Assembly (NCBI GenBank): GCA_963792415.1
Contig: CAWBVY010000006.1
Span: 192,001 to 256,000, forward strand
Source of the DNA: Candidatus Deferrimicrobiaceae bacterium
GTDB taxonomy: Bacteria > Desulfobacterota > Deferrimicrobia > Deferrimicrobiales > Deferrimicrobiaceae
Direction: 5' to 3'
DNA length: 64,000 bases
Part shown: in pieces, positions 18,369 to 30,980 of the stretch
How the letters are laid out: the number at the start of each line of letters is the position of its first letter
How positions within the stretch are numbered: the first letter of the stretch is position 1
The notes under the pieces: generated by a model
Database searches by the model: none
Told to the model about the DNA's origin: nothing
The model's input: only the letters and a program-made list of their open reading frames with translations
Position numbers and translations under genes: made by a program

Positions 18369-19067
18369 CTGCAGGAAAAGCTGAAATTCCTCGTCAAGCC
18401 GCTCGTCTTTCTCTTCGCGTTCCTCGCTCTCAGTTTCGCCCTGTACCGTTTCGGCCTCTTCCACTTCTTCATGAACCGGGAGCGCCTGATCGCCTGGATC
18501 CACTCGCTGGGCGCGTGGGGATTCGCCGGATTCATCCTGCTGCAGGTGGTCCAGGTAGTGGCCGCGCCGATCCCCGGAGAAGCGACGGGTGTCCTCGGAG
18601 GGTATCTCTACGGGCCTGTTGTGGGAGTTGCGCTCTCCACCATCGGACTGACGATCGGGTCGTTCCTCGCCTTCAGCCTCTCACGCTTCTTCGGTCGCCC
18701 CCTGACCGAGAAGTTCGTCGACGCAAAGACGATGGAGCGGTTCGACTACCTGCTCCACCACAAGGGGGCGTTTCTCATCTTCCTGCTGTTCCTGATCCCG
18801 GGGTTCCCGAAAGATTACCTCTGCTACATCCTCGGGCTGGGGCATCTCACCACGCTCGAGTTTCTGACCATCGCCACCACGGGGCGCCTTCTCGGCACCA
18901 CGTTGCTCACGCTCGGGGGAACGTTCCTCAGGAACCACCAGTATTCCCGGTTCTTCCTGCTCAGCGGCGCGGCCGTGGTCGTCGTCTTCCTGACCATCGC
19001 CTATCGGGATCGCCTGGAATCCTTCCTGAAGTCCCTCCACCAGCGGTACGGTCGCCGGCGGAAGTAG
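18369..19067 (+). CDS. TVP38/TMEM64 (DedA/SNARE-associated) membrane protein; start uncertain (CTG 18369 or ATG 18471)
   Basis: QVVAAPIPGE, FLIPGFPKDYLCYILGL; hydrophobic in-frame extension upstream of ATG 18471. Confidence 0.85.
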   Translation: MQEKLKFLVKPLVFLFAFLALSFALYRFGLFHFFMNRERLIAWIHSLGAWGFAGFILLQVVQVVAAPIPGEATGVLGGYLYGPVVGVALSTIGLTIGSFLAFSLSRFFGRPLTEKFVDAKTMERFDYLLHHKGAFLIFLLFLIPGFPKDYLCYILGLGHLTTLEFLTIATTGRLLGTTLLTLGGTFLRNHQYSRFFLLSGAAVVVVFLTIAYRDRLESFLKSLHQRYGRRRK

Positions 19068-19115
19068 CCCGGCAGGCAGGGATCATCTCCGAACCGCACG
19101 CGCGCGCTCCACGGA

Positions 19116-22100
19116 TTACCGGATGCGGAAATCCACCCTGCTGTCCGATAGTTTCTCCTTCTTTTCCGGGGCGAGCGACTTCGGCTCCACCAGGAAAACC
19201 CTGCCCGGTTCGACCTTCCCGCCGACGAGGACCTGGTCGCGCGCGCGCGACGCCCGCTCCAGCGCGAGTTGACGGAGTTCGTCGTTCCCGACCCGTATGT
19301 TCGTCAGCATCAGTTTCTCCATCTCCGGGACGGGAATATCCTTCGCCATCCCGATGAAGTTGCGCGGCTTGGGGAACTTCTCTTCCTTGTAGGCGAGCGT
19401 CAGGAACCTGGGGTACTCCGAGGCGTCGACACGGACGTTGTCCGTCGCGGGCACGCTCTGCCCGGATTTCGCCAGGCTTTTCACCTTCTGCGCTGCCACT
19501 TTTCCGCGGAAGATCCTCTCCCGCAACGCTTCCTTGTCCCGGTCGGGGTCGACGTGCCCCTCGATCTCGAGTTTCAGCGCCGGGCGTTCGGTGAGAACCT
19601 TCACGAGGTTCCCCAGCTTCGCGATGCCCGGTGCGGGGATAACGGAGGACCCCGGGTCGAACTCGAGGTACGAAAGTTCCTCGCCTCCGCCGAAAACCGC
19701 CCCGAGCAGCGCGAACGGCGAGGTAGCCACCTTGACCAGCAGGTTTTTGACGATCTTCCATACAACCCCCAGGACGCTGAACTTCGGGTCCTCGAGCGAC
19801 CCCGTCACGGGGAGGTCGAGGTGGATCTCCCCGTTCCGGTCCTTCAGGAGCGCCACCGCGAACCGCACCGGGAGCTTCGTCGCGTCGGGGCTGTCCACCG
19901 CGTCGCCGAAGGTGAACTGGTCGAGGAAGACCTTGTTCTCCGAGTCGAGCTTCCTTTTCTCGATGTGGTACTTGAGGTTCAGGGTGAGTTTCCCTTTCTG
20001 GATCCCGTACCCGGCGTACCGTCCGGAATACGGAGACAGGGAGGAAAGGTCCATGTCCCGGAAATCCACCTTGAAATCGAGGAAGAGGTCCTTCGCCAGC
20101 GGGTTGATCTTTCCGACGATCTCCAGCGGCGTCGCGTTCCCCAACTTCCCGCGCAGGTCGACATCCGCGCGCGCGCTCTCCTCCGAGGAGAGGCCGGAGA
20201 CACGACCTCCCAGTTCCAAGAGGCTCGCCGAGTAGTTCGGCTTTATATATTGATCGCTGAAGTTCACGGTACCGCCGAGCAGCGTCACCGCGTCGATCCG
20301 GACGGGGACCCCGGGCGCCTGCGCCGCGTTGTCCGCGGGTGCGGCCGTCGCAGTTTTCAGGGCCGCGTTGTCCCGGCCTGCGCCGTCCTTCGCCACGATC
20401 CCCTGGACGTTCAGCGTGCCGTCCGGGCGCACGATGATGCGGGAATAGAAGTCCGTCAGGGAGATCTCCCGGATGGCGACGCTCGTCGGGTTGTACTTTA
20501 CGTCCACGCCCCCGAAGTGGAGGCTCGCGAACCTCAGGAACTCCTCCTCGAGGGCCTTGTCCAGTGAGGAGAAGTCGTTCACGGACACTTCCCCTCGGAA
20601 TCCGGCGCGCACCGGCTTCCCCTTCGGGGCATCCACCGAGACGTTCCCTTCGGCCGAGATCGATCCCCCCTGCAGGAGGATCTTCACCTTCCTCCGTGTA
20701 ATACGGCTGCATGGTCCCGATCGGAAGGGCTTTCGCCTGCAGCCTGCCGTTCACCGAAGGGGGATCGACCGTGAACGTACCGCCCAGGGAGATGCTCCCC
20801 TGTCGGTTATAGCCGGTGGCGAAGGAGAATTTCCCAGGTTTTTTCCCGTCGGTAGTGAGGTACTCCAACTTCAACCGAAGCCGGTCCAGGACGATCTCCA
20901 CCGGCGGATCCGTAGTCCGGTCCTCGAAGCTCACGGAGTACCGGTCGACGACGAATTCCTTGGCGATAATTCCCCACGGTTTCTCCGGCGGCTTTTGCTC
21001 GTCCGGTTTATCCCCTGACCTGATCGCGCTTACCATGCCCGTCGATTGCACACCTTCCGGCAGAAGACGGGTGACATTCATTTCGCCGCCGGCGGAACGG
21101 CGCACGAAAACCGATCCTTTCGCAGTTGAGATCCGGCCGAACGTAATCTCCTTCTTCCCCAGGTCGAGTTCGACCTCTTTCAGGGAGAACCCGGGGATTA
21201 CGAGGAACTCCTCCTTCTCCTCCCGTTTGCGCAGTCGAAGACCCGATGCGGACGCTTCCAATCCGGAGAGCCGGAAATCGTTCCTCCCCTCCACCCTGGC
21301 GAAACTGTAGCCGGACCGCGCGTCGAGGGAACCGGCGTCGACGTCGAACCGGACGGCGTCGGTGTAATACGGGGCGTATTTCTTCAGGACCATCTTCGCG
21401 AGGGATACCGTCCCTTCCGATCCGAGGGGCGAGAGGGAGAAGTTTCCCTTCAGTTCGACGTTCTCCCCCGCTTCGGTCGAAAAGGAGATCAGGGCGTCCG
21501 CCTTCTTCCCCGTCTCGGTGGTTACGTTGTCCACGTCGACCCGGAGTTCCCCCAACGCGGTCTTGAAAGGGGATCCAAGCGAAGCGTCGGAGAACCGCAC
21601 CTTCCCGCCGGTCAGCCGGATGGAATCAACGGCGAAACTCGGTTCCCTTACCCCCGGCTCCTCTTTCGGAGCGATCGTTTCCTTTTTTTCCTCTACATCG
21701 CTTTCCTTTTGTTTTTCAGGAAGTAACGATAAGAGGTTCAACTTTCGATTGATATCTATGGAGGCGTCGATTTCGGGGTCCCGCACCTCGAGGGACGCCA
21801 GGTGGAAATCGCGTGCGATAAGGTCCGACGGGGAGATCGCCGCCTTCACCATGGGGAGGTGAACCATGGGACTCTTGTCGCTTCCCCGAGACGCGGACCT
21901 CCCTCAGGACCACGTCCCCCTCCGCAGAGAGGGTGGGTGGCTTGTCCTTGTACTGCGTGAAGGAAAGTACCGCCTTCACGTCCAGGAAAGCGGAAGGGAT
22001 CTCGTAATCCCGCTGCACCGGGACATATTCGAGATAGTGCGGGATGTCGAAGTCCGAGATGTTCAGATCGAAGGTGGTTTCCATCGACTCGCTGAACGGC

Positions 22101-22747
22101 TTGGTCTTTCCCTGGATCGAGATCTGCTTGCCGTTCACCACCGCGGAGAAGGACGGGTGCACGTACCGGTCGACGTGATACCGGAGATTCGACAGGAACG
22201 GGATGCCGACCTGGATCCCCCGGATCTCGTGGTTGGTGTTCTTCGGACCGTCGTCGAAGTCGACGCCCCCGTCGACGATTTGAATATTATTAAGGGAATA
22301 CTTTAACGGAGAGCTTTTTTCTTTCTGTCTTTTCTTTGAATCCTCAATCAGATCTGAGAAGTTATAGGACCCGTCCGGATGCCGGACGATGTTCACGTAG
22401 GGCCGGGAGAGCCGGACCTCGCTGAGCACGGGGCCACCGCGGATGACCGAAGCCAGTTGAAGGTTCCCGAAGATCTCTTCCGCGGAAACCCAGGTTCCCG
22501 GGGCGTCCCGCTCCAAGATCGAAAGCCCACGGACGGAGATGGTGAGCACAAGCGGGTTCACCCGAATTTGCCGGAGCTCCACCCTCCGGTGGAGGGTCTC
22601 GGAGAGATTCCTTGAAAGGACGGATTTGAGGATGGGCGGGAGGGCGAAAAACCCGAAGAGGGTGTAGACCAGGAAAGCGGCCCCCGCCGCGATCATCCCC
22701 TTCCGTACCGCGGGTTTCGACCAGACCTTCCGCAGCCATCCCGACAT
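19116..22747 (-). pseudogene. DUF748 / AsmA-like envelope protein with C-terminal OmpA-like domain, split by two +1 frameshifts (pseudogene or sequencing error)
   Basis: Three consecutive frames (22747-~21880, ~21880-~20691, ~20690-19116) give one coherent protein: N-terminal TM anchor, LSPYSGRYAGYGIQKGKL, LLKDRNGEIHLDLPVTGSLEDPKF, C-terminal LEIEGH...RVDF. Confidence 0.8.
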
Positions 22748-22813
22748 GGGTCACCCCCGTTCGACCGCTCCCCCACCGAGACAATAGATCCATTCGGGGG
22801 AATGAGGTTATGC

Positions 22814-23833
22814 TTACGCCGCCCCTTCCATGGAAGGGGTGTATTTCCCGTAGCGGGCCGCCCCGTTCAATTTCGACCGGTGGAGGAACGCCTCCTTCGC
22901 CGCCGGGACGCTCGCCGCCTTCCCTCTCCACGCTTTCAATACCGGATCCTGCAACGCCCTCCCGTAGGAGAAACTCAATTCCCACGGGTGCTTCCCCATT
23001 GCGTTCATGGCGCTCAGATTCTCGGTGGCCTGACGCGGGGCCTGGCCTCCGGAGAGGAATACGATGCCGTGGACGGCCGGCGGGACGACGCGGGAGAGGG
23101 TTCGAACCGTCGCTTCCGCCACCTGCGCCGCTCCCGCCTGTGTCGGACACCCCTTCCCCGAAACGACCATGTTGGGCTTCAGCAGGGTTCCCTCGAGCGC
23201 CACGCGATGGGCCGTCAATTCCGCATAGACCAGCGAGAGCACTTCGGTGGTCACCTCCTCGCACCGCTCGATCGAGTGGTCCCCGTCCATCAGCACCTCC
23301 GGCTCCACGATGGGGACGAGCCCCGCTTCCTGGCACAGCGCGGCGTATCGGGCCAGCGCGTGGGCGTTTGCCTGGATGCAGTAGCGCGTCGGGATCCCGG
23401 CGCCGATGTCGATCACCGCCCGCCACTTCGCGAAACGCGCCCCCAGCGCCCGGTATTCCGGCAGGCGTCCCCGCAGCCCGTCCAGGCCCACGGTGATCTT
23501 CTCCCCGGGGAACCCGACCAGCGCCTTCGCCCCTTCGTCGACCTTGATCCCGGGTACGATCCCCTGCCGTTCCAGCACCTTCGTGAACGGCGTCCCGTCG
23601 GCGGAGCGTTGCCGGATCGTTTCGTCGTAGAGGATCACGCCGCTGATGAATTCCGAGACGCCCGGTGTCGTGAAAAGGAGTTCCCGGTAAAGGCGCCGAT
23701 TTTCCTCCGTGGACGGTACGTCGATCGCCTTGAACCGTTTCTCGATGGTCGGGGCGCTTTCGTCCGCCGCCAGGATCCCCTTTCCAGGGGAGACGAGGGA
23801 GCGCGCGACCGATTCCAGTCCGCCGAGGGTCAT
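22814..23833 (-). CDS. Fructose-bisphosphate aldolase class I (animal/plant type)
   Basis: GKGILAADES, GIKVDEG, FAKWRAV, PIVEPEVLMDG, LLKPNMV (Schiff-base Lys), SFSYGRALQ. Confidence 0.95.
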   Translation of the reverse strand: MTLGGLESVARSLVSPGKGILAADESAPTIEKRFKAIDVPSTEENRRLYRELLFTTPGVSEFISGVILYDETIRQRSADGTPFTKVLERQGIVPGIKVDEGAKALVGFPGEKITVGLDGLRGRLPEYRALGARFAKWRAVIDIGAGIPTRYCIQANAHALARYAALCQEAGLVPIVEPEVLMDGDHSIERCEEVTTEVLSLVYAELTAHRVALEGTLLKPNMVVSGKGCPTQAGAAQVAEATVRTLSRVVPPAVHGIVFLSGGQAPRQATENLSAMNAMGKHPWELSFSYGRALQDPVLKAWRGKAASVPAAKEAFLHRSKLNGAARYGKYTPSMEGAA

Positions 23834-23990
23834 CTTCCCACCTCCAGGATGATTTTCGTTCCAGTCAGAGGATTCCCCTCCGGACACCGGGGTTTCGTAC
23901 TTCCTCCGCGTCGGGAGGCCCGTTCGCCACGTCTTCTTTTCCTGTTATATTCGAACGAAAGAGTGGAATCCACCCCACGGAGGGCGCGAC

Positions 23991-24353
23991 GTGTCGGTAC
24001 GGAAGGACGATCCGGTGATGGTCTACTCCACGGAGCGGGGACTCGTCTGCCCGAAGTGCCGGGTGCCCGTGGCGAAATGCCGCTGCGGGAAGGGGGAACC
24101 TGCGCCCGCGGGGGACGGGATCGTCCGGGTCCGCCGGGAGACGAAGGGGCGGGGAGGAAAGACGGTGACCGCCGTGTCGGGCGTCCCGCTGGGAGGGGAG
24201 GCGCTCCGGGACCTTGCATCGGACCTGAAACGCCGCTGCGGCACCGGGGGAACGGCAAAGGACGGGGTGATCGAGGTCCAGGGGGACCACAGGGAGACGA
24301 TCGTGGCGGAACTTTCCCGCCGCGGCTTCACCGTGAAGCTGGCGGGGGGATGA
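23991..24353 (+). CDS. yciH: Translation initiation factor SUI1 / YciH
   Basis: VYST, CPKC..CRC, RETKGRGGKTVT, LKRRCGTGGTAKDGVIEVQGDHR. Confidence 0.92.
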   Translation: MSVRKDDPVMVYSTERGLVCPKCRVPVAKCRCGKGEPAPAGDGIVRVRRETKGRGGKTVTAVSGVPLGGEALRDLASDLKRRCGTGGTAKDGVIEVQGDHRETIVAELSRRGFTVKLAGG

Positions 24354-24993
24354 GCCCTTCCGCCTGAGAGCGAAAGGAGTCGGCGAGGAGCGCGGCCACT
24401 TTCCTGGAGAGGAGCAGTCCGACGTGGGATGCTCGCACCGTGACCATCCGCGCCCCCTCGACGCGCGTTTCCTCGACGCGGATGACGCCGTCGTGGGGCT
24501 TCTTCAGGCCGAGGAGAAGCCCCGACCCCAGCGGGATGTCGCCGGCGACGACGAGAAGGTCCCTTCCGACCGGCCATTTCGGCGCATGTTCGACGATCCC
24601 CTCCCGGATCACGCCGCCCACGAGCCATCGCCCGGCCCGGCGCCGGGACATGATCCTCGCCGCCGCGCTCCCCCCCATCGGAGCCCCCAGCATCGCGACG
24701 CGACCCGGTCGCGATAACGGGGCCTCCTCCAGCATCTTCGCGATCACGATCCCGCCCAGGCTGTGCCCGACAAGGTGCACCCGCTTCCCTTCCGTCGCCT
24801 CGACGAACTCCCGGAGGGCGCCCGCCGCCTGCGCGAGGCCTCCCCGCCAGGAGCGGTACCGGAAGTAGCGAACGCGGAAACCCGCCTCCTCGAGACGTAC
24901 GCCGAGGACGCGCATCTCCGTCCCCGTCATCCAGAGCCCGTGAACGAGGACGATCGCTTCGCTCCTCTCCGTTTCCGGCAGGTTTCCCCCCAC
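24328..24993 (-). CDS. Small alpha/beta hydrolase (lipase/esterase-like)
   Basis: VLVHGLWM, HLVGHSLGG nucleophile elbow, HDGVI, SHVGLL; GTG start preceded by GGGAGG. Confidence 0.82.
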   Translation of the reverse strand: MGGNLPETERSEAIVLVHGLWMTGTEMRVLGVRLEEAGFRVRYFRYRSWRGGLAQAAGALREFVEATEGKRVHLVGHSLGGIVIAKMLEEAPLSRPGRVAMLGAPMGGSAAARIMSRRRAGRWLVGGVIREGIVEHAPKWPVGRDLLVVAGDIPLGSGLLLGLKKPHDGVIRVEETRVEGARMVTVRASHVGLLLSRKVAALLADSFRSQAEGLIPPPASR

Positions 24994-25038
24994 GACACCC
25001 TCCCGGCCGGGATTATATCCCATCGGTTGATGTAGACT

Positions 25039-27521
<2,483 letters not shown>

Positions 27522-27544
27522 ACGATTCACGCATCGAACGAAGC

Positions 27545-27588
27545 ACGCCGGCCGGGTCGGGGTCTCCCCTCCCGGCCGGCGTCGTTTT
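27545..27588 (+). terminator. Intrinsic terminator after mdh
   Basis: ACGCCGGCCGGG...CCCGGCCGGCGT 12-bp stem followed by CGTTTT. Confidence 0.7.
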
Positions 27589-27623
27589 CACCTGCGAGTC
27601 TCACGGATTCCTGCATGCGATCA

Positions 27624-27654
27624 TTGACACTCCCCGGGGGGGGAAGGGTATAAA
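27624..27654 (+). promoter_or_regulatory. Putative sigma70 promoter with 19-bp spacer for the FecR-OmpA-CHASE2 operon
   Basis: TTGACA (27624-27629), 19-bp spacer containing C4-G8, TATAAA (27649-27654). Confidence 0.55.
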
Positions 27655-27697
27655 GGGAAGGGAAACCGCAACGCCGGAAATCCGGAAAGGGAGAACA

Positions 27698-28162
27698 ATG
27701 AAGAGCTCCGTGACCGCCACGCTCCTGCTGGTCGCCCTGTGCCTCCCGGCTGCCGCCGTCACGGCAGCCGCAGGAGAAACGATCGGCGTGGTGCGAACCA
27801 CGTCGGGCGACGCCACCGTCACCCGCGGGGATGAGACGCTCCCCGCCGCCCCGGGATTGAAGATCCTGGTCGGGGACACCCTCGGCACCGGGCCGGACGG
27901 TTCGCTCGGCGTCATCCTTCGTGACGACTCCTCCCTCTCCATCGGCCCCGGGAGCCGTCTCGTCCTCCGGAGTTTCCAGTTCTCGCCCTATGAGGAAAAG
28001 TTCGGCCTGGTGGCCCGCATCACCCGGGGGACGATGGCATACCTCTCGGGCCTGATCGGGAAGCTGGCCCCCGGAAAAGCCCGCTTCGAAACCCCCACCG
28101 CCACCATCGGCATCCGGGGAACGCGCCTCGCCGTGAAGGTGGGGGAACCTTCCTCACGATGA
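27698..28162 (+). CDS. Exported FecR-domain protein
   Basis: Signal peptide; GDTLGTGPDG, DDSSLSIGPGS, ETPTATIGIRGT. Confidence 0.87.
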   Translation: MKSSVTATLLLVALCLPAAAVTAAAGETIGVVRTTSGDATVTRGDETLPAAPGLKILVGDTLGTGPDGSLGVILRDDSSLSIGPGSRLVLRSFQFSPYEEKFGLVARITRGTMAYLSGLIGKLAPGKARFETPTATIGIRGTRLAVKVGEPSSR

Positions 28163-28175
28163 TCGCGATCGCGCG

Positions 28176-28817
28176 GTGGAAACGAGGTCCAACGTGACTC
28201 GGCGGCCTCTGGTCCTTCCGGTCGTACTCCTCCTTCTCGCGTCCGCCTGCGCCACATCGCCGAAGCCGCCTCCCCCCGCGTCGCGCGACATCATCGTCCT
28301 CCTCCCCGACGACCAGGGAAAGACCGGAGCCATTGTGGTCTCGAGCGCCGGTGTCGAACGCCGCCTGGACCGTCCGGGGGAGATGGTGACGGTCGAGGCG
28401 GGGTCGCCTCCCGGAATCCCCACCGTGATCCCCGGACAGGAGGTTCGCGAGATCGCGGGCCCGGCCCTCGCGGCCCTCCCGAAGCCGCCGGCGCGGTTCA
28501 TCCTCTACTTCAAGCACGACTCGGTCGAGCTCACGGGGGAGTCGCAGGCGCTGCTGCAAACAGTGCTGGAGACGATCCGTGACCGCGCCCCGGTGGACGT
28601 CAGCGTGGTGGGTCACACCGACACGGTCGGAAAGAAAGGGTACAACTACACCCTCTCCATGAAACGCGCCAGGGAGGTGGCCTCCATCCTTCTCGGGAAA
28701 GGGATCGATCCCTCCGTCCTCGACATCACGTCCCACGGGAAGGATAACCCGCTGATCCCCACCGGCGACCAGGTCCCCGAACCCCGGAACCGACGGGTCG
28801 AGATCACGGTCCGGTAA
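28176..28817 (+). CDS. OmpA-family (peptidoglycan-binding) lipoprotein
   Basis: Lipobox LASAC; VGHTDTVG, NYTLSMKRA, NRRVEITVR. Confidence 0.9.
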   Translation: METRSNVTRRPLVLPVVLLLLASACATSPKPPPPASRDIIVLLPDDQGKTGAIVVSSAGVERRLDRPGEMVTVEAGSPPGIPTVIPGQEVREIAGPALAALPKPPARFILYFKHDSVELTGESQALLQTVLETIRDRAPVDVSVVGHTDTVGKKGYNYTLSMKRAREVASILLGKGIDPSVLDITSHGKDNPLIPTGDQVPEPRNRRVEITVR

Positions 28818-28825
28818 CCGGCGCC

Positions 28826-30832
28826 TTGAGAGGTCCGTCCCGCTACCCCGCGCTTCCAACGATCCTCGCCGGCGTCGCCCTCACCGTCCTCGGGGGCGCC
28901 CTCGCCGTCTGGCCTCCGCCCCTGGCCGTGTCCATCGAGGGGAAGGTCTACGACACCTTCCTCCGGTCCGCACCCCGGCATCCCGCACCCGGCCCGATCA
29001 CGATCGTGGATCTCGACGAGAAGAGCCTCGAACGGCTCGGTCAGTGGCCGTGGCCGCGGTACCGGATCGGCCGCCTCCTCGAACGGATCCGCGAGGACGG
29101 CGCGACGGCGGTGGGACTCGACATGGTGTTCGCCGAACCCGACCGGACGTCGCTCACATCCCTTTCCGGCGAGATCCTGCGGGAATTCCCCGGGACGCGG
29201 ATCGACCTGGCGGGCTTTCCGCCGGCAGCGCTGGACACCGACCGGACCCTCGCGGCGACGCTCGCCGGAGATAACGCCTTCGTCCTCAGCTACCAGTTCG
29301 AGTTCGATACGGAGCGTGGGAACGGGTGTCTCCTCCACCCGCTTCGCGCGGCGGTTCTCTCCGGCGGGGGAACGGGAAGGTCCGACGGCATCTTCGACGG
29401 GAGGGGGGTCGTCTGCAACCTGCCCGCGCTGTCGAAGGCGGCCGGCGCCTCCGGCTTCATGAACGCCACCCCCGACCCGGACGGAGTCCTGCGCCGCGTT
29501 CCCCTGGTGATCCGCCACAAGGGGGCGCTCTACCCGAACCTCGCCCTGGCCCTTTACCTCCGAGCTCGCGGCGGCGATGCCGTCCTTGAAACGGGACCGG
29601 AGGGGGTCGAGGCGCTGCGGCTTGACGGGAGGCGGATCCCCCTCGACCGACACGGCAACCTGCTGGTGAACTTTCGCGGTCCCCAACAGACCTTTCCGCA
29701 TCTGTCCGCCGCCGATGTCCTCGACAACACCGCGGACCCGGCCCTGCTGAACGGAAGGATCGTGCTGGTGGGGACCTCCGCCGCCGCGCTCAAGGATATC
29801 CGCACCACGCCGCTCGACTCCCGCCAGCCCGGAGTGGAAATCCACGCCAACGTCCTCGACAACCTGCTTTCGGGAGACCCCATCTCGGAGCCGCAATGGA
29901 CACGGGCGCTGAGGGTCCTCCTTGTCCTGTTCCCCGGATTCCTACTGACAGGCCTTCTGGCGCGCACCAGCGCCGCGTGGGGGCTCGCGCTGATCATCCC
30001 GTCCGCGGCGGGAATCTGGCTCGGGTCCTGGGGACTCCTCGCCTACCGGCAGGTTTTCCTTCCCCCGCTCCTGCCGGTGGTCACGCTGACGGTCGTCTTC
30101 ACGGTCCTCACCTCCATGCGGTTCCTGCGTGCCGACCGGCAGGTACGCGAGCGAACCCGCAAACTCGCCCTGACCCAGGACGCGATCATCCAGAGCCTGG
30201 CCGCCCTGACGGAGACCCGGCACCACGAAACCGGGGGCCACATCCAGCGCACCCGGCACTACATCCGGGTACTTGCCGGGCGCCTGCAGGCGCGTCCGGA
30301 GTTCCGGACCCTGCTGGACGACGCCACCGTGGATCTCCTCTTTCGGCTCGCCCCCCTCCACGACATCGGCAAGGTCGGCGTGCGCGACCGGATCCTGCTG
30401 AAGCCGGCCCGGTTGACGCCGGAGGAGTACGGGGAGATGAAACGGCACACGGTTTACGGGTCCGAGACGATCCGGCTTGCGAAACGGATGCTGGGGGAGG
30501 ACGCTTTTTTCCAGACCGCGGATGATCTCGTCCTGAACCATCACGAGCGGTGGGACGGAACCGGGTATCCGAACGGCCTGCGCGGGGAAGCGATCCCCCT
30601 GCCGGGGCGCCTGATGGCCGTGGCCGACGCCTACGACGCGATCATCTCCTACCGCGTCTACAAACCGGCGCTCACCCACGAGGAGGCGGTCCGCGAAATG
30701 AGCGAAAAGCGGGGGACGTACTTCGACCCCGACGTGCTGGACGCCTTCCTGGAAGTTGCCGAGGATTTCCGGGAGATCGCCGCCCGCTTCACCGGCACCG
30801 GCGTGGAGCCCGAACTGCCCCCGGAAGCGTGA
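28826..30832 (+). CDS. CHASE2-domain HD-GYP cyclic-dinucleotide phosphodiesterase
   Basis: CHASE2 motifs GQWPWPR, DPDGVLRRVPL, PGVEIHA; TM helices; ETGGHIQR, LHDIGK, HHERWDGTGYP. Confidence 0.92.
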   Translation: MRGPSRYPALPTILAGVALTVLGGALAVWPPPLAVSIEGKVYDTFLRSAPRHPAPGPITIVDLDEKSLERLGQWPWPRYRIGRLLERIREDGATAVGLDMVFAEPDRTSLTSLSGEILREFPGTRIDLAGFPPAALDTDRTLAATLAGDNAFVLSYQFEFDTERGNGCLLHPLRAAVLSGGGTGRSDGIFDGRGVVCNLPALSKAAGASGFMNATPDPDGVLRRVPLVIRHKGALYPNLALALYLRARGGDAVLETGPEGVEALRLDGRRIPLDRHGNLLVNFRGPQQTFPHLSAADVLDNTADPALLNGRIVLVGTSAAALKDIRTTPLDSRQPGVEIHANVLDNLLSGDPISEPQWTRALRVLLVLFPGFLLTGLLARTSAAWGLALIIPSAAGIWLGSWGLLAYRQVFLPPLLPVVTLTVVFTVLTSMRFLRADRQVRERTRKLALTQDAIIQSLAALTETRHHETGGHIQRTRHYIRVLAGRLQARPEFRTLLDDATVDLLFRLAPLHDIGKVGVRDRILLKPARLTPEEYGEMKRHTVYGSETIRLAKRMLGEDAFFQTADDLVLNHHERWDGTGYPNGLRGEAIPLPGRLMAVADAYDAIISYRVYKPALTHEEAVREMSEKRGTYFDPDVLDAFLEVAEDFREIAARFTGTGVEPELPPEA

Positions 30833-30980
30833 TTTGTCCCGGGGGTACCCCAGGGAGTGCCCTCCGTTATTCCTACAGCGAGGGTACCCCAGGGGGCGTA
30901 TTTCATACGGGAGTGGGGCGCGTTTCGTCCGGAAGTGGGGCGCCCCCACCCACCCCCCGCGCGCGTTCGTCGTACTCCGG

